Assembly (NCBI GenBank): GCA_900088475.1
Contig: FLMG01004013.1
Location: 1 to 38,150 of the forward strand
Source of the DNA: Hyphochytrium catenoides
Lineage: Eukaryota; Protista; Hyphochytriomycota
Direction of reading: 5' to 3'
Length of the DNA: 38,150 bases
The position numbers were made by a program, and so were the translations under genes. The notes beneath the pieces were generated by a model that saw nothing but the letters and a program-made list of their open reading frames with translations, was not told the origin of the DNA and made no database searches. Below are positions 12,101 to 22,160 of the stretch, in pieces. Each line of letters opens with the position of its first letter. Position 1 is the first letter of the stretch.

Positions 12101-12406
12101 GCTAGGTAACGGCTCCACTAACCAAAGAGAGCGATAATGTTGAGTCCTATGATGAGAAAGAGGAGACTTCTGGAAGTTGCTTTCCTCTTCCGTTTTCTCC
12201 TCTGTTCCATCAAGCTCCACGCTTCCCGAAGTTGTTTGTTGAGGGAGAGCCCTTCCATTAGCATTAGGAGGGGAAGCCCAGAGGGAGAGAGAGGAGAAAC
12301 CATGCCTCTCCTCTGACTCAATGGGAGCAAGGGAAGGTCCTGATGGCCGCGGAGAAAGGTGCTGCCTTACAGGGTTGGCTTGGGGAGAAACCTTTATCAA
12401 CGTCAT
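9153..12406 (-). CDS. Orphan multi-pass membrane protein B (~704 aa, ~12 TM), tandem paralogue of A
   Basis: Five exons 12406-11806, 11614-11395, 11208-10747, 10350-9946, 9579-9153, all GT-AG. Total 2115 nt, open frame ending TGA. Exons 2 (220 nt) and 4 (405 nt) are the same length as in A. Shared blocks include VYPRIR, PEFN, IRWKVKFL, PVRPW.IAADCL, SRFVGVKWPLQ, LHDCSIV, ALDA, SDIEYKVT. Confidence 0.88.
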
Positions 12407-12596
12407 GCTTCCCTCAGAGCTCTGGTCATCTACGGCATTCTATCAGCGACAGCACAGGAGAATGCGTCTTACTGGCTCTAAGATGATATGGCAGAAGAGA
12501 AGGAGGGAGAGTTTGCCTGGTTGCCCTTTCACTTCTCGGTCTGCTTCGCTAATTATTAGAGGAGATTTTGAAGGTGAAAGATTACTTCTATGTTAC

Positions 12597-13330
12597 TATC
12601 GGTCAATCGGACGGGAGGACGAGGATGTAGGGAGTATCGACGCAAGCGCTTATAGATCGATAGGATGCACTCTATCATCGGACAGAAGGTTGTCGTCAAC
12701 AAGATACTTCTTGTTAGCAATGGGGCCTCTTTCTGCTGAGTCAAGCGTCAATAGTAGGTTGTTGGCATGCGCACACCAGGTCCGTTTCTCATTCCGTCGT
12801 GTCGCGGCATTGACTTCTTCTACGGCAGATCGCCCCCTCACTAGTATCTCTAGCACATGGTATAAACTCTCTTTTCGTAAGGAACTCCTCATCCTTTCGG
12901 GAGCGTCATCCCTACTCTGTCGGTGGTAGTGTCCTTTTGGAACGATGATTCAGCCATAAGCCAAATAAAGGCTGATTGCTACATTCATGAGGTGCTATTT
13001 TTGTTTGGGTCTGTCCCTTCTGCTCACTGCTGTCATCATAATGATGGGAACAGCTCCTCACAGTTGGTGGTCGTTTTTGTTTGGCGTCTTTCTTGCTTTC
13101 TCCTTCCTTCGCCTTACCTGTGGGTTCTACTACCATAGTCACCACGACCTGACCACTCTCTGGTCCTGCATGGTCTCTATCTACCTGACTCTTGTACAAA
13201 GTTGGGAAGGAGAAGTTGGCTGACTTCAGACAGTCAACCCCTGGCTATTCTGGACAAACTACATTAGAGGAGGAGCAGCCAATGCTTGTTATTCAGTGAG
13301 AGTCTAACCACCATCACCAAGCCGCTACCT
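12597..13330 (+). pseudogene. Decayed inverted copy R3 of the 2x6TM orphan family (repeat 1)
   Basis: Collinear motifs: YRSI (12597-, cf YRSL); SIDA (12633-12644, cf SIDAG); SVIPTLSVVVSFW (cf SASPIYILTVHFW); GLSLLLTAVIIMMG..PHS (cf GLISGILSAVFHTLG..PQS); VSI..LV..EG (cf ASI..LV..DG); VNPWL (13233-13247, cf VRPWL); gtgagagtctaacc (13296-13309) = VRGLT with one base lost. In-frame TGA at 13221-13223. Confidence 0.65.
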
Positions 13331-13628
13331 TCGTGGAAGACAATGCGTTCTTCTCCATCCTTACTGCTCTGTGGCCCACCGGCCCACCCAGTCCATGACC
13401 AAAGCTCCTGCCCGAAGCCCATCACATCATAAGGCTGCTGCTCCTGGACACCTCTCCTACATGGTCGCCATACCAGCGGTCATTATGCACCTGAAGCCCA
13501 GCACCACGCACTGGCCTCTGAAGAGGCTGCTCAGGCCGTTACGGCGGCAGGACAGGAGACGTTTCAGATCAACTCCACCTGGAATATAGTTATCGAATGG
13601 CAGACTTAGCTACGATGACTTTTGTAGT

Positions 13629-15610
13629 TATCACGCAGTCATGACCTTGGCGAATTGAGAGAGTCAATTCTAAGCAGCAGCTTGTCATCTTGTCATCATG
13701 GCTCCATCATTGTGCAAAGCTCCTCTAGCTTGTCGTGTTTTGACCATTGTGCAACACGCAGGCCCGCCGCCAGCCACGTCCTCAGCTTGTTTTTCAGCAC
13801 AACAATCGCTGTAGCAGCCTTTAATCAGAGGAGCTAGTAGCTGGGTAGTAGAGGAGCTGGCTCAGTAGTAACTTTGTTAGGCTGCAGTGGTGTTGATGAT
13901 TGATTGATACGGCTTCTTATATTTGACAGAGCTGCCTTCTAATTAGGAATGGCAGACGACAACGTGCAGGCAGGAATCCTTGTTCGCTTCTTGCCGCAGC
14001 AAATTAAACCACCAGAGTTAGTGATAACAGCGGGAAGGACAGCTGCGGCCATGGGGACTCAGTAGGACCACTGCTGGCAAGGGGCTCATTCAACTTTGCG
14101 CAAAGTTTTCGCAGAAGCAAGATGGATATTATAAAATAGCGCGACCAGCATTGAAGGATTTCACCTGTGTCGTCATCTCTAATCTCACTGGCACTGTTTA
14201 CACAAGCTGTGGCTACATAATAGTTGTCGTCATCGCTACTTCCGTTCTGCAAATATATATACCCGTTCTTCCTCGTCATTCAAAAGTGAGACACTCCAGT
14301 CCCCTCATCACATTCCTTTGCCATCGGTCCCACCATGATCTCCATCATCTGTAAGGTATGTGGAAACAGCTCGGTAAATGTCGACCCTCGCATTCTCTGA
14401 AAGCACTATATTTCGTCATCGGCCTGCCTCTTTAGTGTGCGGCCTTGCTCAAGCCACTGTACTCTGACGGCTCCCGAAGATTTGGATGGCTTAACGGTCA
14501 TTGTAGCCCTACTACTTTCTGAGGACAGAATTCACTCATCTTGAGGCGTGGATGGGGAATGTGGGAAGATCACGAGTCCGTGTCTTGCTGTTCAGAAACT
14601 TCGTCACCTACGAGGACCCGCAGTCCGTTGCCCGTCCCGTCATCTTATCACTCCCAGATGATTGAGGCTGTGGGTCGCCGTAGCCCATTGCTTTTGCCTT
14701 TCGCAATGCTGACAATCATCTCGTCGGTGCCTTCATGACGAACCCTCGTCATACCATGTGCCGCCCAGGGCCACATCTTCAGCACTTCTGATCTCGACAT
14801 GTTGTTGCTAGCTAGATAATGGAGTGACACTGACTCAGCATGCCTTCGTCTCAAGTCAGCCGCACCGCCCAGGTGGCTGCTCCTAAATGTTTCCCATGCT
14901 CTATCTACTACCGTTGAATCCCTGCACATATGAGCCCTCGACGCAGTTAGATAAAGAAAAAGATCAGTGTCTGATAGAGTTAGTGATGATTGCGAGCCTA
15001 ACTAATAAGTATAAAGCCCTGCATTACTATATGTATCATCAAACATAAAGGTAAGGCAGAAGCACTTGTGGTGGACATATCTCTAGTTATTATGGTATAC
15101 CTGAGAGATACGGTGAGAAATGACAGCGAACGAGGAGGGTTTAGACTGTCCACAGCTTAAAGGAGAGTGGCCAACTGCTCCAAGCATTGAGTCGGAATGG
15201 TGGCAAACAAAGCAGCCGCTTACTTTCGTAACCTTTCTCAAGCGACCTTGAATTATGGTGGTCGAGGATGGTGCAATCTTCTCAAGCTCTTTATGCTATG
15301 GAGAAGTGAGTGCAACCTCCACGTTGAAGAAGCTTCTTCACTAGCCTTGATTGAGGCCTTGCTGATGATAAGCGGCAGCACGCCAAAGGTGCCAACGAAC
15401 CCGATGAGGGTGTCTAACCTATCTAGCCAGTCGCTGCTCCATCAGCCATGAGTAATATGGACGACCAGGGACTTAATTTCCTAGTTCTCGTTATCCACAG
15501 CGGTTATAAGTATTGTATCCGTCCTCTCTTGCTTGCCCTGATTGCGACCAACTTGGTTGCGACATTGGACGCCCAGGAGGAGAAGTGGTTGGCATCAAGT
15601 ACTTTATAAA
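13629..15610 (-). pseudogene. Decayed copy R4 of the 2x6TM orphan family
   Basis: Weak but ordered motifs: LDA (15591-15599); RIQYL (15507-15521); ISKASIK/LVKKLL (15327-15366); WPLSFKLWTV*TLLV (cf QPLSMSIRWKVKFLLV); a GT-AG intron at 15100-14998 in phase 2 of an Arg codon followed by RLAII (cf RLATI/RLASI after intron 2 of A/B); RAWETFRSSHLGG (14864-14902, cf RGLTKLRSTVGGG); EIRDD..LQCW (14169-14186, cf DLRDD..LSAW); HDCVI (13629-13643, cf HDCSI). Confidence 0.5.
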
Positions 15611-16226
15611 AATCATGCACCAACACATCTTTTTGACCAGAAAGATCCGTCGGAAGGAGATTGGGGGCAAGGTCAACGCTTCATGAGATAAACTGGTTCA
15701 CATTCTTATAGTACAGCTAATGAACTCTTTCTTGTTATCCAGCTTTCTCTTCTTCAGCACCCCGCTGTCCGGTGCACCGTGTTCTCTTTCTCTCTCACTC
15801 TGCTCCCCTTAGACTACACTGATGTTAGCTTATCCTCGCTATTCTGCCCGTCCAAACCGGCAGGAAGTCGATCTCTTCTGGCCCTTCGTATAAAAATCAG
15901 TCCTCTACAAGTACAAGTCTCTTGTGCAAGGCTCTTTAGAGCCAGAGAGACCAAGGGTGCACTGCACCATCACTTTCTCTGGGTATCTTGAGGTTCATCG
16001 CCCTCCTGGAGCAAGGATAAGTGTTGTAGTAGCTGTTGTAGCGGTTAACGTACGACATGCTCGCTTTGCCCTTCAGTGTCTCTTGCAGGCAGTACTTTTC
16101 ATTACAAGTTTCAAAGTTACCTCTTTAGTTATTGCCATGGGGTCAGCGCAGTAAGTTTTGTAGGTAATGTTTCTTTCATGAAAGATACCTTGCCAGGACG
16201 CCCTGTTGACTTGTGTTCCTCGTCTT

Positions 16227-16380
16227 TGATTGGTTGATATCCTGGGAAAATGGTGCTTTACTGCCAATCAGCGACTGGCATAAGACCTTGCGGGGCCATG
16301 CTTGACTGCGGAGTGAAGCAGTGGACTAAGAAGTTGTCAAATGCTGGACGCTCATTGGCTCAAGTACCTACAGCCAATCA
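16227..16380. promoter_or_regulatory. Cluster of four CCAAT boxes about 0.9-1.1 kb upstream of the zinc-finger gene
   Basis: aaccaatca (-, 16227-16235), gccaatcag (+, 16263-16271), agccaatgag (-, 16351-16360), agccaatca (+, 16372-16380). All resemble the NF-Y consensus RRCCAATSR. Confidence 0.4.
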
Positions 16381-17297
16381 TCGGCCAGCGAAATCATGAG
16401 TGCTTCATGTGAAATTGCAAGAATAGTTTCATGGGGAAACATATAGTCAAACCCATGAAGCGTTCAAGTGAAGAAAATGTTTCTTTCAGAACCTTGCTAG
16501 GACCAATTGTGGAGTTCAAGACTTCAGTTTCTGGAGCCAAGCACTTGACCCGAGTACACCGTGGGTTTGAGACATCGCATTGTGTTTGAGGCTTATTGGT
16601 ATGGGATTAGGAGAGTAATGAGTTTGTATCTTGCTTGCGTCTGCTTTCTCGTCTTTGACGCGATCTTTCCTATCTTCCGCCAGAGCAGAGCAGAGCAGAC
16701 TGACAGTCATCCGACCTGATGGACCATCATCAAGGTCCGAGCCAGCACACAAAATGACAGGCTTTCGAGGCAGCAGGCAAGATCTTTGTAGGGTACTTTC
16801 TGCCTGTCAGTGGAACTCTATATAAGGCTTAGGGATCTTGGCAATGGGACGCAGAAGACGAGGAACCTCTTCGTCCCACAGCTGCTGCTCTCTCTCCCGT
16901 GCTGTCACCATCAAGGCACAGAAGGCAACCCCAGGATAGAACACTGGTGGGGGATATCAAGTGCCAACCGCCGTAGAGCACACGGATGCTCTCATCACTT
17001 CGTACCCCACTAGCCCCTTCTATGTCTTCGCGACCAGGCTTTTGGCTTTAGCAGCACCTTACCAACCATAAATAATGACAACTTGGAAGCACAGAACCTG
17101 CCCACAATCCAATCTCCACGCTGACTTTGAGGCCTGGCAGGACATCGGGAGCTTGCGATCAAAAGGATCCTCCGATTCGCTGAAATCTCTGACCAATCGA
17201 AATCGCAGCAGCTTCATTAATTATTTTTCTCTTTTGAAGCAACTAATTGGTTCCTCCTCATCGCGGAGACGATCATAAAGGATAATTCCTAGCAACC

Positions 17298-18449
17298 ATG
17301 TCCGTGCAGACGCGACTCATTCTTCCAAACCGCCCGGATCTCAAGGTCAGGACGGACACACATTACAATAAGGGAGACGCTGTGCATCTGGCACAACTCT
17401 ACAATCTGAACAGTCCCTCAGTGGTGCCCCTTCCAACATCCCCAACCTACTCTTGCTTTGTAATTGGTTTTCCCGCTCCATTCCTTCCCTATCCTGGAGG
17501 TGCCTACCTACCTACAGCAGGCGTCTCACCTCCCAATTGCCCTCCGTCTGGGTACCCGAAGAAGCCACAGCCCAAGACCATCAGACCTTCTCCAGTGCCA
17601 ATAGCTGCTAAGCCAGAATCCATGAAGATCAAGCAGGAACCCAAGAAAAATGATGCCTTAAAGTCCGCACAGGACACCAAGATCCAGAAATTAGAAGCTG
17701 TCACTAGTGAGGTCGACTTTTTGGTTAACGTTATGGACTTCCTTCAGCCAGAAAACGGTGATGAACAGCTGGAGGCTCCTGATTGTTTGAGAGATTTGCC
17801 CTGCATCCCGACCTCTCCTTCTTCAGATGAAGATGCCTCCTTAAGCTTTGACATTGATGAGCCCCTAGACTTTACAGATGGTGATGCACTCTTGCTCTCT
17901 ATGGAGGTCCCTAGCGACACAGAAGACTCCTCAGACATGGCATCTGTCTCTGATGAGAATGAATGCAATAGCTGTCCTTCCTCTCCTTCTTCCCCTCGAG
18001 GTCTTGCTATCGACTGCAGTAAGTGTCGCACCTCCAAACGGCTATGCCCCGCTCATGCTATTCACCAGCTCTGCTCGGTTGAGGGCTGTGGTAAGCAGGC
18101 GCAATCCCGCAAGCTCTGCATTAAGCACGGAGGTGGCCGTCGCTGCGAAGTTGACGGTTGCACAAAGTCCGCACAAAGTCGCCGGAGGTGCAAGAGCCAC
18201 GGTGGGGGTGTGCGCTGTCGAGTTGAGGGATGCGAGAGGTCCTCTCAAGGCAAGGAGGGACGCTGCCGAGCCCATGGTGGAGGACCGAAATGCGTCATTA
18301 GCGGCTGCACAAAGGGTGCGCAACGCTTTGGGCTTTGCGCAAGCCATGGCGTTCTCCGACTCTGTCGAGTGGAGCAGTGCACCAAGTCTGACAGGGGTGG
18401 AGGTTACTGCCAGCGACATGGCAGGATGGCCAAGGCTGGCAAGCTTTAA
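17298..18449 (+). CDS. WRKY19-like (C-x4-C...C-x2-H-GG) zinc-finger repeat protein, 383 aa, single exon
   Basis: Long ORF with good ATG context (gcaaccATG). Pro-rich and acidic N-terminal region, then five C-terminal repeats such as CSVEGCGKQAQSRKLCIKHGGG and CEVDGCTKSAQSRRRCKSHGGG, plus one degenerate repeat. No WRKYGQK motif, so not a true WRKY domain. Confidence 0.9.
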   Translation: MSVQTRLILPNRPDLKVRTDTHYNKGDAVHLAQLYNLNSPSVVPLPTSPTYSCFVIGFPAPFLPYPGGAYLPTAGVSPPNCPPSGYPKKPQPKTIRPSPVPIAAKPESMKIKQEPKKNDALKSAQDTKIQKLEAVTSEVDFLVNVMDFLQPENGDEQLEAPDCLRDLPCIPTSPSSDEDASLSFDIDEPLDFTDGDALLLSMEVPSDTEDSSDMASVSDENECNSCPSSPSSPRGLAIDCSKCRTSKRLCPAHAIHQLCSVEGCGKQAQSRKLCIKHGGGRRCEVDGCTKSAQSRRRCKSHGGGVRCRVEGCERSSQGKEGRCRAHGGGPKCVISGCTKGAQRFGLCASHGVLRLCRVEQCTKSDRGGGYCQRHGRMAKAGKL

Positions 18450-18843
18450 GTCTCTCGAAGCTTCTTGGCCACTTTCTTTTCATTTTCGGCGTTATTTATT
18501 GGACAAAGCGCTGTACACAGTGCTATCACACCCCAAACCATTTTGAAGGCACTCCCTAGGCTTGCTGCTGGCCCCTGCCAATAGATTTTGTAGCTTGTAC
18601 CCTGTCCACGTGTTTAGGCCTTTTTCTTCAATGTTTACTTAGGGCTCTAGCTGGCTCAATGAGCACCAGCTGTCATATGTTCGTAACAGATAAAGGAACA
18701 TTATCGTCATACTAGCAAACCCAACGGCTCCGCAGAGGTTAGGGCCATGTGTTCAAACTCTAGCACTTTTCAGCACTTCGTCTTATCTCAATGTCCTGAA
18801 TGGTTGGTAGGAGAGAAGAGTAGTGGAGAGGCTTGTTGTGCCT

Positions 18844-21168
18844 TTACGCGGCAAGTCGCTTTTTGACAGCCTCTTGCACTAGCTTCTTTATCTTGCCTCT
18901 CTCCTTAGCTACATCAAACTGATAGTCCTTTTCTAACTGGGCAATGACACCGTTCACTGTCAGCTTTGTCAAGTCAGCACTCGCGACAATCTCGTTGATC
19001 TTCTCAGGAATGCCTGCGGTTCAGGGCGAGTGAGCATTGATAGTATTACGAACCACGCTGAAGCTCCAAAGTGGACGAAAGTGCGTTCCTGGACGAGAGT
19101 TAAGTGAACAAAGGAAGCCTACCTTCATTATCCACATGCGCAATGCCCTTGCCAGATACTTCTCCACCTTTCTGCGTCTCCCCTGCCTTTTGGTCTGCAC
19201 CTTTACCGCCATTGGTTTTTTCGCTTGGTTCCTCCTCATCGTCAACGACAGAAGGCTTCTTTTTCTTCGCAGGCGCTTTTTCCGGCTTTTCCTGGGACAG
19301 CTCCTCCAATTCTTCACCTTCGTTTACCTCATCCTATCAAGGGCGAGCAAGGCAAAATAAGATTCACTAGGACCTTGAGGCGGAATCTTGGGAAGTAATG
19401 AGGTAAACATCGAGAGAGAAGTCCTACCTCGTCACTCTGAGTGGCGTCGGAAGCCTAGCGTGCAGTGAGCGGAGCATAGGGAGTCAGATCTACATGCACC
19501 TAAGGCTCATATTTAGGGCTTACCTCCTCATCAACAGCCTTCGTGGCCTTCTTTCGCTTGCCCTTCTCTTCACTATCCGTCTCGCCCTTCACCTTCTTTG
19601 CCTTCAGAACATTTTCGGAAGCCGAAAAGAGCTGCAACGGTCTCAATCTTCCGTCACCAACATGGGACTATTGCACTGCGGCTCACCTTTCCTTTCGTGC
19701 CCTTTGGTGTTCTCTTCACTTTTGCGACACTCTATTGGGTTGATAGCGAATGAATGTTAGTAGAGAACGGTGTGCCCACGTCCCCACAGCGCTGATAGCA
19801 GAGATAAACTCAAACTAACCTTCTTGACAGCTTTCTTTGATTCCTTGGCTGCGGGCTTCTTCTTGCCTGACTTTGGTGTTTTCTTAGGAGCCTCTTCTTC
19901 CTCGTCGTCGTCCTGCCCACCTTCACTTTCAGTGTCCTCTTCCACATCTTTACTATCACCCTTGGACTTTCTGGGAGTCTTCTTTGGCGCCTTTCTTCTT
20001 TTCGGCGACTTCTTTTCTCCTTCGGTGCTCTTCCTCTTCCTAGAAGACGATACAGTCTGTTTCGCCACAGTCAGTCCTACCGCTCAATTGGTAAGCCTCT
20101 TCTAGAAGAGTTACCTTTTCCACCTCGTGAGGTTTCTCCAGCCAGTCAAGCAGACGTACAGCCATTTTCTCTTTGTCTACTTTGCCGTCTGGAAAGGACT
20201 TCGCGGAGCGTTCTAGCTGCAAGTGACGGAGGTGAACGGATGATTTGAGACGATGACTACAAATCCACGTGGGCACTGGTACTTACGTCAAACAGGTCCA
20301 TAACATCTTTCAAGAACTCAGTGTTCCATCTGTATATACGTTGGAGCCACTTATCCCTGCTCTATGGAATGTGTTAGACATGTGGCAGTAGAAGGGCCCC
20401 AATTTCACCAAAGAGTACTCGCCTTCTCCTTATCCTCGTCCTCTGGATGCTGAATCCCAGAAAAAGCTAGGACATTGCTCTTCACCTCCATGCCTTTGCC
20501 AGCCTTTCCAAATAGAAAGCGGTGAATGGTCTTTAGGATCTCTGACTTATAACTAGCGGCCTTGATGTTCTCCGCCACCCGCGGGATCTCTTGAAGAGAA
20601 GCTCCTTCGCCTTTCTTGACCTCGATAGGTGTCGGAGTGTTCACCTTTGAGAATGGACGCGTGCTTGAGTTCTAGCTGTCTGTCCAGATTCGTTTAGTTT
20701 GCGGAGGTGCAGGTACCTGATATGTTAGCTTAGTGATCGATTTCCGTTCTCTACTACTATGTTCTCGGGTGGGCGTCGCCACAGGCTTCCTTGGCGTTCT
20801 GCTTTGTTTTCTCTTGGCATCTTTGAACAAAGCAGGAATAAGAAGATGAAGATAGTAACCTACGTCGCTGCAATACCTTTTGCCTCCGGTGAGGGACCTT
20901 CTTCTGCGTTCTTAGGCTTTTCAGGAATACCCGCACTCTTGTCATCTGCTTTACCAGCGCCATCTTTGCCCTTCTCTTTCTCTTTCTGGTCAATCTTTTT
21001 GGGTGACTGTGCCCCACTTCTTGGAGCCGTGGACTTCGCCTCACTAGTGCTCTGTGCAGTCTGATGAGCTTAGCGCTATTACTACTGATAGCGGCCACAC
21101 TCTATTACCTGCTTTACATCTGCTTTTGGCTCCCCTTCGCCCTTAACCAGGGTCTTGTTCTCTTCCAT
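18844..21168 (-). CDS. DEK: DEK-family chromatin protein (~12 exons)
   Basis: Start MEENK at 21168 with an in-frame upstream stop. RERKS motif; core KKGEGASLQEIPRVAENI..LKTIHRFLFGK..VKSNVLAFSG..LKDVMDLFDLERS..KEKMAVRLLDWLEKP; Lys/Glu-rich linker; DEK_C-like end INEIVASADLTKLTVNGVIAQLEKDYQFDV..KIKKLVQEAV, TAA at 18846-18844. Some linker acceptors are ambiguous. Confidence 0.87.
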
Positions 21169-22160
21169 TTTTTGAAAGTGTCAGCGAGAACTCTGTTTCA
21201 GGTATCTTTTACTGTTAGTGCCACCTGCAATCCGCGACGGTGCAGCCTCTCCCCAAGATGGAAGTCTATCTTAGTGAGCACTGCTTCTTCCGAATGCGAC
21301 GACCTTACAGGGGAATAACGGCTTCTGGCGTCTCATCAGTCATCAGCCTCACCTGTCCTACAAATAGAGATCGGACGTCTGCATCTGGGAAAATTTGAAT
21401 CAAAGCCTCGATATTTCTCTGAGGTGGCGCGAGAGTGCACAGTGAAAGGAAGGTCCATACATTTTGTTCCTAGAGAGATTGCACTTGAAGAAGCCACCGG
21501 GTGTCGAGAATAGTCTCAGTAGTGATTAATCCTATTCTGAATCAGATCTAAAAGTATTTTTCATGCAGATGTTAGAGCTGGCAGTAATAGCCAGGGAGTG
21601 CAGTACAAACTCTATCTTCTTACGACATGGTAATAAGATGAAGGACTATTCTTGGTTGGAGTGAGAGTCAAGATGTATGAGACAGAGAACCAGGTTGATA
21701 TGGTTTAGCCTGATGAGTTCGTTACTAGAGATATGTGAGGGTGAGAAGAGATGTGTCATGAACGCAATCAATCAGAGCAGTGAACTAAGAAGACAGAATA
21801 CAAGCAGGACTCAGGGTGAAGGAAAGACATGTCACTTATGGTAGGGATAATCAGAATATTGATGAGACAGAGCATAAACTCGAAACAGAGAGAAGAGAAG
21901 AGATATGCTTGACCAGCCGCGAAAGAAAGATCGAGCAGTCGAAGTGTGGAATGAAAAGTGCGGACGAGGAAGATCTGAGGGCTTGGGAAATCTTTTTGCT
22001 TTGATGAGAAAGCTCATCGGGTTTGCCATCTAAATCAGCTCTTGACGCTTCGGTCTTTGGGAGGTTGAAGCCTTACTGACAGACCTAAGTGCTTCATTCT
22101 AAAGGCTTCGACCGTGGAGACGGAATCGGTGTGCCACCAAAGCAGCTTTCATCCCTTGCG

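Noticed and set aside
17878-18546. 222-aa overlapping ORF and antisense ORFs over the zinc-finger gene
   Set aside because: Shadow frames of the real CDS.
18880-18910. Apparent frameshift in the DEK_C exon
   Set aside because: Recounting the AG run gives an intact frame (KERGKIKKLVQEAV).
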